Origin: Alkanindiges sp. WGS2144
GTDB taxonomy: Bacteria > Pseudomonadota > Gammaproteobacteria > Pseudomonadales > Moraxellaceae
DNA: 32,000 bases
Assembly (NCBI RefSeq): GCF_043950625.1
Contig: NZ_CP171007.1
Reading direction: 5' to 3' (one strand)
The position numbers and the translations under genes were made by a program. Shown here in pieces: positions 9,377 to 19,277 of the stretch. The stretch's first letter is position 1; each line of letters opens with the position of its first letter. The notes under the pieces were generated by a model. The model was given only the letters and a program-made list of their open reading frames with translations. It was not told where the DNA came from and searched no databases.

Positions 9377-10339
9377 TTGGAATCCATAGGCAATATTTGG
9401 CTGTATGTGATTTTCTTTGCAGTCGTCGCAGTCATGCTGTTGATTGATTTTCTAGGCTTTAAGCAAAAAGACCATGCTGCTGTTTCGATTAAGCAGGCTG
9501 CACTCTGGAGTGTGGCCTGGGTTGTAGTGTCTGCCCTGTTTGCAGGCGGTTTATGGTGGTATTTAAACGGGGAGGTAGGCCCTGCCATTGCCAACCAGAA
9601 AACCCTGGAATTTATTACCGGTTATTTGCTGGAGAAATCCTTAGCCATTGATAACGTGTTTGTCTGGCTCATGATTTTTGGTGCGTTTGCCATTCCCCCT
9701 GCCTTGCAGCGCCGCGTCCTGTTATATGGTGTTCTGGGTGCTATTGTTTTACGCACAATTTTTATTTTTGCCGGGGCGTGGCTGATTCAGGAGTTTTCCT
9801 GGATTTTATATCTATTTGGCGCGTTTCTGGTTTACACCGGGTTTAAGTTCCTCAAAGGTGGCCATGACGAAGCAGCTGATATTGAAGACATGAAGCTGCT
9901 CAAGTGGCTACGCGGCCACATGCGGATTACTTCCAGCCTGCGAGAGGGTAAATTTTTTGTAAGGGAAAATGGCCTGCTGTGGGCTACGCCGCTATTTGTG
10001 GTGCTAGTTCTGGTTGAGTTTTCCGATGTGATTTTTGCCGTGGACTCCATTCCAGCTATTTTTGCCGTCACCACAGACCCGTTTATTGTATTAAGTGCCA
10101 ATTTGCTTGCAATTCTGGGTCTGCGAGCAATGTTCTTTTTGCTAGCTGGTGCTGCGGCTAAAATGCATTATTTACCTTATGGTCTTGGTGTAATCATGAG
10201 TTTTATCGGTATAAAAATGCTACTGCTGGATGTGTACCATGTGCCGATTGCGGTCTCGCTGGGCTTTATTGCTGTGGTACTAGCCGTTACAGCATGGCTC
10301 TCATGGCGGCATGTCAAAAATATGACCCTGAACCGTTAA
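9377..10339 (+). CDS. alx: TerC-family inner membrane protein, Alx ortholog (putative Mn2+/divalent-cation exporter), 320 aa
   Basis: Collinear with E. coli Alx as I recall it: GYLLEKSLAIDNVFVWLMIF, PPALQRRVLLYGVLGAIVLRTIFIFAG, FFVRENGLLWATPLFVVLVLVEFSDVIFAVDSIPAIFAVTTDPFIVLSANLLAILGLRAMFFLL. TTG start 9377 with GGAG (9366-9369) 7 nt upstream. Confidence 0.87.
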   Translation: MESIGNIWLYVIFFAVVAVMLLIDFLGFKQKDHAAVSIKQAALWSVAWVVVSALFAGGLWWYLNGEVGPAIANQKTLEFITGYLLEKSLAIDNVFVWLMIFGAFAIPPALQRRVLLYGVLGAIVLRTIFIFAGAWLIQEFSWILYLFGAFLVYTGFKFLKGGHDEAADIEDMKLLKWLRGHMRITSSLREGKFFVRENGLLWATPLFVVLVLVEFSDVIFAVDSIPAIFAVTTDPFIVLSANLLAILGLRAMFFLLAGAAAKMHYLPYGLGVIMSFIGIKMLLLDVYHVPIAVSLGFIAVVLAVTAWLSWRHVKNMTLNR

Positions 10340-10382
10340 ATTCAGCCGTGCCGGTATATTCCGGTACGTACCTTGCTTAAAC

Positions 10383-10415
10383 AAAAAAGCCCAATTAATT
10401 GAATTGGGCTTTTTG
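10383..10415. terminator. Bidirectional intrinsic terminator (alx on +, tRNA-Glu on -)
   Basis: gcccaatt (10389-10396) / aattgggc (10402-10409), flanked by an A-run on the left and a T-run on the right. Confidence 0.7.
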
Positions 10416-10433
10416 TGATCTTTCGATCGTATA

Positions 10434-10509
10434 TGGCGTCCCTACGGGGATTCGAACCCCGGTTACCGCCGTGAAAGGGCGATGTCCTAGGCCTCTAGAC
10501 GATAGGGAC
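10434..10509 (-). tRNA. tRNA-Glu (anticodon UUC), 76 nt, CCA encoded
   Basis: Minus-strand read: GTCCCTATCGTCTAGAGGCCTAGGACATCGCCCT-TTC-ACGGCGGTAACCGGGGTTCGAATCCCCGTAGGGACGCCA. This is the canonical gammaproteobacterial tRNA-Glu. Confidence 0.95.
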
Positions 10510-10529
10510 GAGGCGTTTGGCGTGCGCGT

Positions 10530-10558
10530 ATATTAGGGAGTAACTGTTGTGGTGTCAA
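10530..10558 (-). promoter_or_regulatory. Candidate sigma70 promoter for tRNA-Glu, embedded in the rnt 3' end
   Basis: Minus strand: TTGACA (10558-10553), a 17-nt spacer, then TAATAT (10535-10530), followed by the GC-rich discriminator ACGCGCACGCC. The -10 hexamer overlaps the rnt stop codon (10535-10533). The mature tRNA 5' end is 20 nt downstream of the -10. Confidence 0.5.
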
Positions 10559-11216
10559 GCAACATCTGTGGCCAACTGTTTAAAATATGACAAAACAGTT
10601 CGGCCGTTTTCTGGGTATCATACAGGGCAGAGTGTGCTTCTTTGCCATCAAACTCAATATTAGCAGCGCGACAGGCTCTGGCCAGTACAGTTTGCCCATA
10701 GGCAATTGCACTTAAGGTCACCGTATCCATGACTGAAAAACTATGAAACGGATTTTGGTTTTTGGTACCGGTGCGGGCAATAGCTGCTTGTAAAAAGCCC
10801 AAATCAAAGTGTGCGTTGTGCCCAACCAGAATACAATGCGTGCAGCCTTGCTCACGACGAATTTCAGTTAAGCGCTTAAAAATCCGCTTGAGGGCAGTTT
10901 TTTCATCTTCGGCAATGGCCATGCGCATTGGGTTAAACGGGTCAATGCCAGTAAAGTCCAATGAGCGGCGATCCAGATGTGCCCCTTCAAACGGATGAAT
11001 ATGGGCATGCAGTGCTTCACCGGGTGCAAAACGGCCTGCTTCATCATAAATGATGGGAATGCAGGCTATTTCCAGCAGTGCATCACTTTGCGCATTAAAG
11101 CCAGCCGTTTCTACATCCACCACGACAGGTAAAAAGCCACGGAAACGCTGGCCAATGACAGAGGCAATTTTATTCTCTGGCTCGGGCGAAGGAGTACTTT
11201 GCTTACCCTCGCTCAT
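10533..11216 (-). CDS. rnt: Ribonuclease T (DEDDh 3'-5' exoribonuclease), 227 aa
   Basis: [32 protein letters not shown] and [17 protein letters not shown] are the Exo I-III motifs in an RNase T-like arrangement. Its ATG overlaps the pyrC stop (ATGA at 11216-11213). Confidence 0.9.
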   Translation of the reverse strand: MSEGKQSTPSPEPENKIASVIGQRFRGFLPVVVDVETAGFNAQSDALLEIACIPIIYDEAGRFAPGEALHAHIHPFEGAHLDRRSLDFTGIDPFNPMRMAIAEDEKTALKRIFKRLTEIRREQGCTHCILVGHNAHFDLGFLQAAIARTGTKNQNPFHSFSVMDTVTLSAIAYGQTVLARACRAANIEFDGKEAHSALYDTQKTAELFCHILNSWPQMLLDTTTVTP

Positions 11217-12247
11217 CCCAGACTCCAGGACAAGGTTTCACCAGCGCATAAGGGGACTAGAGATTGCCCATCCATATAGTCCAAGGCGGCAGGAACCTGA
11301 TAGTCCTGTTTGATCAGGGTTATGGTATCTGTATTGCGTGGCAGGCCATAGAAATCTGCACCAAAATGGCTGGCGAAACCTTCCAGTTTATCGAGACGCC
11401 CGGCCTGTTCAAATGCTTCTGCATACAGTTGCATGGCAATAGGTGCGGTATAGCAACCCGCACAACCACAGGCATTTTCCTTTTTATTCTGGGCATGCGG
11501 CGCACTGTCAGTTCCCAGGAAAAATTTGGGATTGCCGCTGGTAGCTACCTCCAGCAATACAGTCTGGTGTTTTTGCCGTTTTAAAATGGGTAGACAATAA
11601 AAATGTGGGCGTACTCCACCAACCAGCAAATGGTTACGGTTAAACATCAGGTGCTGCGGAGTAATGGTTGCGGCGACATTACGGCCCTGTTCCAGCACAA
11701 AATGCGCGGCTTCACTGGTGGTGATATGTTCCAGCACAATTTTTAGGTCAGGGAACTGGCGCAATAAAGGCACCAATATATCTTCTAAAAAGCGTTTTTC
11801 ACGGTCAAAAATATCTACATGATCATGGGTGACTTCACCATGGATCAGTAAGGGAAACTGATGCTCTTCCAGTTGCTCAATGACTGAATACACTTTACGG
11901 ATATCACTGACGCCGTTTTGTGAATTGGTCGTTGCACCAGCCGGATACAACTTGATAGCCTGCATAAAATCAGTGGCTTTGGCCTTGGCAATTTCCTGGG
12001 GTGAAGTATTATCGGTAAAATACAGCACCATGCGCGGGTCAAGACTCACCCCCTCCGGTACATGGGCTAAAATTCGCTCGCGATATGCAGCTGCTTCCTC
12101 AACTGTTGTTACTGGTGGAACCAGGTTGGGCATGCAAATTAGACGGTTAAATTGCGTAGCGGCGGCTGGCACGGTATGTGCCAAAGCTGCACCGTCACGC
12201 AGGTGAATATGCCAGTCATCAGGACGGGTGATGCTAAGAGTATTCAA
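11213..12247 (-). CDS. pyrC: Dihydroorotase, class II homodimeric type, 344 aa
   Basis: [39 protein letters not shown] and FLGTDSAPH are the metal-ligand and carboxylated-Lys context of E. coli-type PyrC. Confidence 0.95.
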   Translation of the reverse strand: MNTLSITRPDDWHIHLRDGAALAHTVPAAATQFNRLICMPNLVPPVTTVEEAAAYRERILAHVPEGVSLDPRMVLYFTDNTSPQEIAKAKATDFMQAIKLYPAGATTNSQNGVSDIRKVYSVIEQLEEHQFPLLIHGEVTHDHVDIFDREKRFLEDILVPLLRQFPDLKIVLEHITTSEAAHFVLEQGRNVAATITPQHLMFNRNHLLVGGVRPHFYCLPILKRQKHQTVLLEVATSGNPKFFLGTDSAPHAQNKKENACGCAGCYTAPIAMQLYAEAFEQAGRLDKLEGFASHFGADFYGLPRNTDTITLIKQDYQVPAALDYMDGQSLVPLCAGETLSWSLG

Positions 12248-12416
12248 AATTCAACGTCACTATGAAAAAACCTAATGATAATTCAATTATCGACATGACG
12301 GAATGACTTGCAGGAAGATATCTGAACTTGATAGTGTGGATAATAGCATAAAGGTGTGGCTCGGGATGGCCTAACTCAGCCTGCCGGTAGAACATTGACT
12401 CCAAGGATAATGAAAA

Positions 12417-13676
12417 TTGCAAGTAACTAGAAGAGCGGCTGCTTTGCCTGATGAAATCCGGCAGGAAGATCAATTAATCCGCAACCTGCTGGCAGACCGC
12501 AGTCGTATTACGCGGCCTTTTCCGGAGGCGCTTGAGCATCAGTTTTGGCAATCGGTGGCAGAACGCGCTTTGCAGATGATCCGTAATGTGGCTATTTTGG
12601 GTATGCTGGTTTATATCCTGATCGGCCTGATTACGTTTTTAACGGTTTATCTGGTCGCCTACGATGGTAAGCGATTACATGACTTGCTCATCTGGGCACT
12701 GATGTATTTAAACGGGGCAGTCTGTTTATCAATTATGCCGGTTATTGCTAATTTATTTAGCTTAAGTCACGTCAGTTTTCAGCGTCTTAGCATTATTTTA
12801 AGTTTTATAGGTATTTTCTTTACCACGTTTTTGGCTTTGCATTTTGAGCAGCCGCGCCTGATCCAGCAGAGTGGTTATATTGTGGTGTTTGTCTATATGC
12901 TGATTTATTTCCTGACCGGTGTGCGGCCACTTACCTTACTGTTTACTTGTCTGGTTGCCGGACTATTACCTTTGCCTATTGCCTGGATGATGAAGCTGTA
13001 CATAGATCCGGTGTATTATTTTTATGCCATTATTTTTAGTAACTTCATTGGGTTTTTTATTAGCCAGACCATTACTGGCAAGGAGCGCATCAGTTTTTTA
13101 CAGGGTCGCCTGCTGGAGCTGGACAAGCTGCATTCACGGGCGCTTAGTGATGAATTAACCCGGCTGTCTAATGAAGATGCGCTGACTGGTCTATATAATC
13201 GCCGTTATTTTAATGAAATGATCAGTCAGGAGTGGGAGCGGGCCGAGCGCTCTGGTGAAGCGTTATCACTGGTGTTTATCGACATTGACTGTTTTAAAAA
13301 CTATAACGATAGCTATGGACATCTTAAAGGGGATGAGGCCCTTGTTAAGGTGTCACAGGTATTTAAACAGAATATGCGTCGTACGTCTGATCTGGCCTCA
13401 CGTTACGGTGGTGAGGAATTTACCTTATTACTACCTAATACGCCCTCGGCTGGTGCGCAAGTGGTGGCCAATAATATTATGCGTGCTATTGATGCCTTAA
13501 AAATCCCGCATAAGGCCTCTAGCGCTGGTGAGTATTTAAGCTTAAGTATTGGCGTGACGACCTGGAATGGTGAGCCGGATATGGATGCCACCCAGCTGAT
13601 TGCCCAGGCAGACATGGCAGTGTATCAGGCCAAAGCTGCAGGTCGCCATCTGGTGCGGGTATTTGAGCCAGAGTAG
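12417..13676 (+). CDS. Membrane-anchored diguanylate cyclase (polytopic N-terminal domain + GGDEF domain with I-site), ~419 aa
   Basis: About six hydrophobic segments, then DALTGLYNRRYF...LVFIDIDCFKNYNDSYGHLKGDEAL...RRTSDLASRYGGEEF. The active-site motif is GGEEF, and RTSD lies 5 residues upstream (RxxD I-site). The only in-frame starts near the 5' end are TTG 12417 (AGGA 9 nt upstream) or TTG 12444, so the start is uncertain. Confidence 0.85.
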   Translation: MQVTRRAAALPDEIRQEDQLIRNLLADRSRITRPFPEALEHQFWQSVAERALQMIRNVAILGMLVYILIGLITFLTVYLVAYDGKRLHDLLIWALMYLNGAVCLSIMPVIANLFSLSHVSFQRLSIILSFIGIFFTTFLALHFEQPRLIQQSGYIVVFVYMLIYFLTGVRPLTLLFTCLVAGLLPLPIAWMMKLYIDPVYYFYAIIFSNFIGFFISQTITGKERISFLQGRLLELDKLHSRALSDELTRLSNEDALTGLYNRRYFNEMISQEWERAERSGEALSLVFIDIDCFKNYNDSYGHLKGDEALVKVSQVFKQNMRRTSDLASRYGGEEFTLLLPNTPSAGAQVVANNIMRAIDALKIPHKASSAGEYLSLSIGVTTWNGEPDMDATQLIAQADMAVYQAKAAGRHLVRVFEPE

Positions 13677-13884
13677 TTTTAAAAGATAGAGGCCTATATT
13701 GTTTGATGTTATTATTCCCGACTTCAAAATTATCTCCCTGATCTAAATATGACACTTACTCCACCATAAGTTTATTTATCCTTGGTTGGTAAATAACTCA
13801 TCACTGCCTGGTGATGTGGTGTAGTCGTTTGTGTCGTATATCACATCACTAGCCTATTCAATTACTCAAAAAACAGGCTGTTTT

Positions 13885-15339
13885 ATGCGATCTCATGTGC
13901 AAGAGCAATGGTTCTCAAATGTCCGGGGAGATGTTCTGGCTGGCCTCGTGGTAGGGCTTGCATTAATTCCCGAGGCAATCGCTTTTTCGATTATCGCTGG
14001 GGTAGATCCAAAAGTGGGTCTGTATGCGTCTTTCTGTATTGCTGTAGTGATTGCTTTTGTTGGTGGACGACCTGCAATGATTTCAGCAGCCACAGGGGCT
14101 ATGGCACTGCTTATGGCGACTTTAGTTAAGGAACATGGGCTTGAATACCTGCTTGCCGCAACCATTCTGACCGGTGTCATTCAAATAGTGGCTGGTTATT
14201 TAAAATTGGCTAAACTGATGCGTTTCGTCTCCAGGTCGGTAGTCATTGGTTTTGTAAATGCCTTGGCGATTTTGATTTTTATGGCGCAATTACCAGAGTT
14301 GATCCATGTAACCTGGCAGGTGTATGCATTGGTTGCCCTGGGTCTTGCGATTATCTATTTATTTCCGCTGATTCCGGGGCTTGGCAAACTCATTCCTTCG
14401 CCGCTGATTTGCATTGTTGTGGTGACTGCTATTGTGCTTGTGTTAGGTATTGATATACGAACAGTCGGTGATATGGGAGCGTTGCCCAATACTTTGCCAG
14501 TTTTTCTTATTCCTGATATCCCATTCAATCTGGACACTTTGAGGGTGATTCTGCCTTACTCAGTGGCTCTGGCAGCAGTAGGTTTACTGGAATCCATGAT
14601 GACAGCAACTATTGTGGATGAAATGACAGATACGCCAAGTAACAAGTTTCAGGAGTGTAAAGGCCAGGGTATTGCCAATATTGCGTCCGGGTTGATGGGT
14701 GGCATGGCGGGTTGTGCCATGATTGGGCAATCCATGATTAACGTAAAATCAGGCGGTTTAACACGGCTATCTACCTTGAGTGCAGGGGTGTTTTTGCTGA
14801 TTCTGGTGGTGTTTTTAAGTGACTGGATTGGGGTGATTCCCATGGCGGCACTGGTTGCTGTAATGGTTATGGTGTCTATCAGTACTTTTGAATGGCGCTC
14901 AATCACGCAGTTTAGGCAAAATCCACGCAGCAGTAATGTAGTCATGCTGGCAACCGTAGTGATTGTGGTTGCCACTCATAATCTGGCCTTGGGGGTGTTA
15001 ACCGGCGTGTTGCTGTCTGCGCTATTTTTGGCAAATAAACTTGAAAATGATGTGCGTGTCGATTCAAGACTTGAAGGATGTACCCGCGTATACGTGCTTT
15101 ATGGGCAAATTTTCTTTAGTTCTTCTGAAAAATTCATGTCAGGTTTTGATTTTAAAGAAGATATTGAAAAGGTCATTATTGATTTAACCCACTCACATAT
15201 CTGGGATGTTACTTCTGTTGCAATGCTGGATACTGTGGTGAGCAAGTTTCAAAAAAATGGGGTAAATGTCACTGTTCAGGGTTTAAATGAAGCAAGTTCA
15301 ATTATGATTGATAAATATGGTAAGCATGCAAGGATTTAA
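13885..15339 (+). CDS. SulP-family anion transporter with C-terminal STAS domain
   Basis: [27 protein letters not shown] and [36 protein letters not shown] are SulP core motifs. The C-terminal ~100 aa is STAS-like. ATG 13885 is preferred over the upstream GTG 13831. Confidence 0.85.
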   Translation: MRSHVQEQWFSNVRGDVLAGLVVGLALIPEAIAFSIIAGVDPKVGLYASFCIAVVIAFVGGRPAMISAATGAMALLMATLVKEHGLEYLLAATILTGVIQIVAGYLKLAKLMRFVSRSVVIGFVNALAILIFMAQLPELIHVTWQVYALVALGLAIIYLFPLIPGLGKLIPSPLICIVVVTAIVLVLGIDIRTVGDMGALPNTLPVFLIPDIPFNLDTLRVILPYSVALAAVGLLESMMTATIVDEMTDTPSNKFQECKGQGIANIASGLMGGMAGCAMIGQSMINVKSGGLTRLSTLSAGVFLLILVVFLSDWIGVIPMAALVAVMVMVSISTFEWRSITQFRQNPRSSNVVMLATVVIVVATHNLALGVLTGVLLSALFLANKLENDVRVDSRLEGCTRVYVLYGQIFFSSSEKFMSGFDFKEDIEKVIIDLTHSHIWDVTSVAMLDTVVSKFQKNGVNVTVQGLNEASSIMIDKYGKHARI

Positions 15340-15380
15340 ATGAATTACTGGTAAAAAGGTTAATATCAGGGGCGGTTAGT

Positions 15381-15412
15381 TAGCCGGAGTTAGTTACCCG
15401 GCTACTGCTTTT
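15381..15412 (+). terminator. Possible intrinsic terminator of the SulP gene
   Basis: tagccgg (15381-15387) / ccggcta (15398-15404), then CTGCTTTT. The stem is short and the T-tract is interrupted. Confidence 0.4.
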
Positions 15413-15447
15413 AATAATTTGTGTTTTAATGACCAGGTGGAACGCTC

Positions 15448-15478
15448 CCGCAGGAATTCACAAGGTGAATTCCTGCGG
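15448..15478. repeat. 31-nt perfect inverted repeat between the convergent SulP and argG genes
   Basis: ccgcaggaattcac (15448-15461) aag gtgaattcctgcgg (15465-15478). There is no adjacent U-tract on either strand. Confidence 0.6.
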
Positions 15479-15490
15479 AATAAACAGATT

Positions 15491-16909
<1,419 letters not shown>

Positions 16910-17232
16910 TTATAACACTTTTCATTTCCCTGTTTTTAGCAAAAACATACCCAACCCCGAAAAGACTGAGTAGCATGCCAAAAAGAAACCAGCCTTAAAG
17001 TAGAGTAATAAGCTAGCCAAAGCAGTATAAAAATTGCGCTTTAGTCAGATTAGCATTTAACTGCGTGCGTAAATCACATCCTAATTTCAACACAGCGATA
17101 AAAATGTTTAAGTGCAAAACTGGATTATACTGCCCGGGCAAAGTCATGTTTTTGATGACGTTTGCTCACTTTTTTAGATTTTAGGTAATGTCTTTTGAGT
17201 AGGACAATATCTGCGATGTAGATGACAGCAAA

Positions 17233-17667
17233 ATGCGTATCCTGTTCTGGCGTGGCCTTGTTATTATTTTCTTGGTTCTGGCATTTATTGGTGCCCTGCT
17301 GCCGGGCATGCCGACCACTGTATTTTTGATTCTGGCAGCCTGGGCAGCTTCAAAAGGCTGGCCTGCGCTGGATTTATGGCTTACTAATCATCCCAAATAT
17401 GGCAAGCTGATTGTAGAGTGGCGTACCAACCGCACCATACCACGCAGAGCCAAGGTCATTGCCAGCCTAATGATGCTGGGTAGTGGAGTTTTAATGTTGT
17501 TTACGCCTGCGCCATTTTGGGTCAAGGTATTTACCGATGGAGTGATGCTGAGTGTGGCCGTGTGGATGTGGACAAGGCCAGAACCCAAACACACCGCGCC
17601 ACAAATAACCATTGTTGAGCCAGCAACTAAAATTAAAACCACGCCAGCCAAGCAGGATTTGCCCTGA
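17233..17667 (+). CDS. ybaN: YbaN-family (DUF454) inner membrane protein, 144 aa
   Basis: LPGMPTTVFLILAAWAASKGWPALDLWLTNHPKYGKLIVEWRTNRTIPRRAKV matches the YbaN/DUF454 pattern. Confidence 0.8.
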   Translation: MRILFWRGLVIIFLVLAFIGALLPGMPTTVFLILAAWAASKGWPALDLWLTNHPKYGKLIVEWRTNRTIPRRAKVIASLMMLGSGVLMLFTPAPFWVKVFTDGVMLSVAVWMWTRPEPKHTAPQITIVEPATKIKTTPAKQDLP

Positions 17668-17800
17668 ACCAGCAGCTATGATTTTTGGTCTTACACTGCC
17701 GGGGTTAGTATTTAAATAATCGTAGCCTTAAACTCGAAAAAATCCTGAGTGCATGCTAGGCTGTTGTTATCCAGATTTTTCAGATTTTCCTTTTTGCCCT

Positions 17801-18292
17801 ATGTCTAAGCCATATATTCAGGTGGATATTTCCGGCCAGCAATTACATTTACTCGGCGGGGTACGACGTAGCTACCCGGTGTCCACAGCATTTAATGGCG
17901 CAGGTGAGCAGGAGGGCAGTGGCTGTACGCCGCGCGGTAAACATGTCATCGCAGATAAAATTGGTGCCGGACAGCCCATCAATAGTGTGTTTGTTGGACG
18001 CGTGCCGACGGGAGAGATTTATCATGCTGAGCTGGCAGCACAATACCCTGAGCGTGACTGGATTTTAAGCCGGATTTTATGGTTGCATGGACTGGAGCCC
18101 GGCTTTAATCAGGGTGGTGGTTGCGATAGCCATAAACGTTATATTTATATTCATGGGACGCCAGACACCGAACCTATGGGTGAAGCCCGTTCTCACGGCT
18201 GCATCCGTATGCGAAATACAGATATGCTGGAGCTGTTTGAACTAGTTGAGGTGGGCACATCTATTGAGATTTTTGAGCGGCTTGGTTCATAA
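17801..18292 (+). CDS. L,D-transpeptidase (YkuD) catalytic-domain protein, 163 aa, no signal peptide
   Basis: YIYIHGTPDTEPMGEARSHGCIRMRNTDMLELF contains the YkuD H...SHGC(I/V)R active site. ATG 17801 (MSKPYIQVDISG) is preferred. The upstream in-frame extension from 17753 adds no hydrophobic leader. Confidence 0.8.
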   Translation: MSKPYIQVDISGQQLHLLGGVRRSYPVSTAFNGAGEQEGSGCTPRGKHVIADKIGAGQPINSVFVGRVPTGEIYHAELAAQYPERDWILSRILWLHGLEPGFNQGGGCDSHKRYIYIHGTPDTEPMGEARSHGCIRMRNTDMLELFELVEVGTSIEIFERLGS

Positions 18293-18461
18293 TTATAAAA
18301 ATTAACTTTTTAAATGAATTAGTTAATTTAAAAGTGATTGGTAATGAGCTTTTTAAGGTTCAGTTAAACTGATAAACAAGCGGATGAATTTGCTTTGTTT
18401 GATCAGATTAGCCATTTTTTGGGCAGTTGATTGCAAATTCCGAAAAAAAGCCTAAAAGCGT

Positions 18462-18489
18462 TTGACAGTATACCCAAATTCTCTATAAT
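18462..18489 (+). promoter_or_regulatory. Consensus sigma70 promoter of the tRNA operon
   Basis: TTGACA (18462-18467), a 16-nt spacer, TATAAT (18484-18489), then the GC-rich discriminator GCACCCCACG. An AT-rich UP-like region lies upstream (18293-18460). Confidence 0.75.
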
Positions 18490-18515
18490 GCACCCCACGA
18501 TGAAGTTAAGCCTTA

Positions 18516-18591
18516 GCGCGTTTAGCTCAGTTGGTAGAGCAGCTGCCTTACAAGCAGCGGGTCGGCGGTTCGAGTCCGTCAACGCGCACCA
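18516..18591 (+). tRNA. tRNA-Val (anticodon UAC), 76 nt, CCA encoded
   Basis: GCGCGTT TA GCTC AGTTGGTA GAGC A GCTGC CT-TAC-AA GCAGC GGGTC GGCGG TTCGAGT CCGTC AACGCGC ACCA. Confidence 0.95.
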
Positions 18592-18644
18592 TGCTCTCTT
18601 GTTCTGTGTTTTAGGGGCATGTCAGGCTTAACACATAACGCGAT

Positions 18645-18721
18645 GCAGCGGTAGTTCAGTCGGTTAGAATACCGGCCTGTCACGCCGGGGGTCGCGGGTT
18701 CGAGTCCCGTCCGCTGCGCCA
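18645..18721 (+). tRNA. tRNA-Asp (anticodon GUC), 77 nt, CCA encoded
   Basis: GCAGCGGTAGTTCAGTCGGTTAGAATACCGGCCT-GTC-ACGCCGGGGGTCGCGGGTTCGAGTCCCGTCCGCTGCGCCA. This is close to E. coli tRNA-Asp. Confidence 0.95.
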
Positions 18722-18818
18722 TTTCCTCGAAAGAGGGCGTTATCCCAATAAGTGACAACCTGTCTGAATGTAGGTCAAGCCATTCAAACGTACCAATTTA
18801 CCCCATTGGTATCGATAC

Positions 18819-18895
18819 GCAGCGGTAGTTCAGTCGGTTAGAATACCGGCCTGTCACGCCGGGGGTCGCGGGTTCGAGTCCCGTCCGCTGCGCCA
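18819..18895 (+). tRNA. tRNA-Asp (anticodon GUC), second identical copy
   Basis: Sequence identical to 18645-18721. Confidence 0.95.
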
Positions 18896-18924
18896 TTTTA
18901 TTTCAGATGTTGTTTATCGCTTTT

Positions 18925-19000
18925 GCGCGTTTAGCTCAGTTGGTAGAGCAGCTGCCTTACAAGCAGCGGGTCGGCGGTTCGAGTCCGTCAACGCGCACCA
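18925..19000 (+). tRNA. tRNA-Val (anticodon UAC), second identical copy
   Basis: Sequence identical to 18516-18591. Confidence 0.95.
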
Positions 19001-19022
19001 TATTCCTGATTTAAATTATTGT

Positions 19023-19050
19023 AACCGTGCTGATAGGCGCGGTTTTTTTG
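19023..19050 (+). terminator. Intrinsic terminator of the tRNA operon
   Basis: aaccgtgc (19023-19030) / gcgcggtt (19037-19044), with one G-U pair, followed by TTTTTTT. Confidence 0.75.
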
Positions 19051-19277
19051 TTAATGGAATGTTAAACCTGTCCCCAGCTTCAGGTAGCAAAAATCAGCCG
19101 TTTTTAGGTTTGATAAGGGTTTTGGCGAGCACAGCAACCCAGGTTGCTTGAAGGGTTTAGACATAAACGATAAAATTATCAAGCGCATGAGTGGAAACCG
19201 TGGCTCAGCAGCGCTTAAAAATCATTTTTTTAATGTTGACCGGGGCGGGCCGGCTCTTGAAAAATGAGCGAAAGCTC

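Noticed and set aside
18431-18631. 66-aa ORF in the ORF track.
   Set aside because: It runs straight through the tRNA promoter and the first tRNA-Val gene, so it is an artefact.
19225-19262. Possible guanidine-type (mini-ykkC-like) riboswitch in the PACE leader, suggested by the GC-rich CCGGGGCGGGCCGG segment.
   Set aside because: There are no paired hairpins with ACGR tetraloops and no other signature of the guanidine riboswitch classes I know. The segment is only a short self-complementary CCGG pair.
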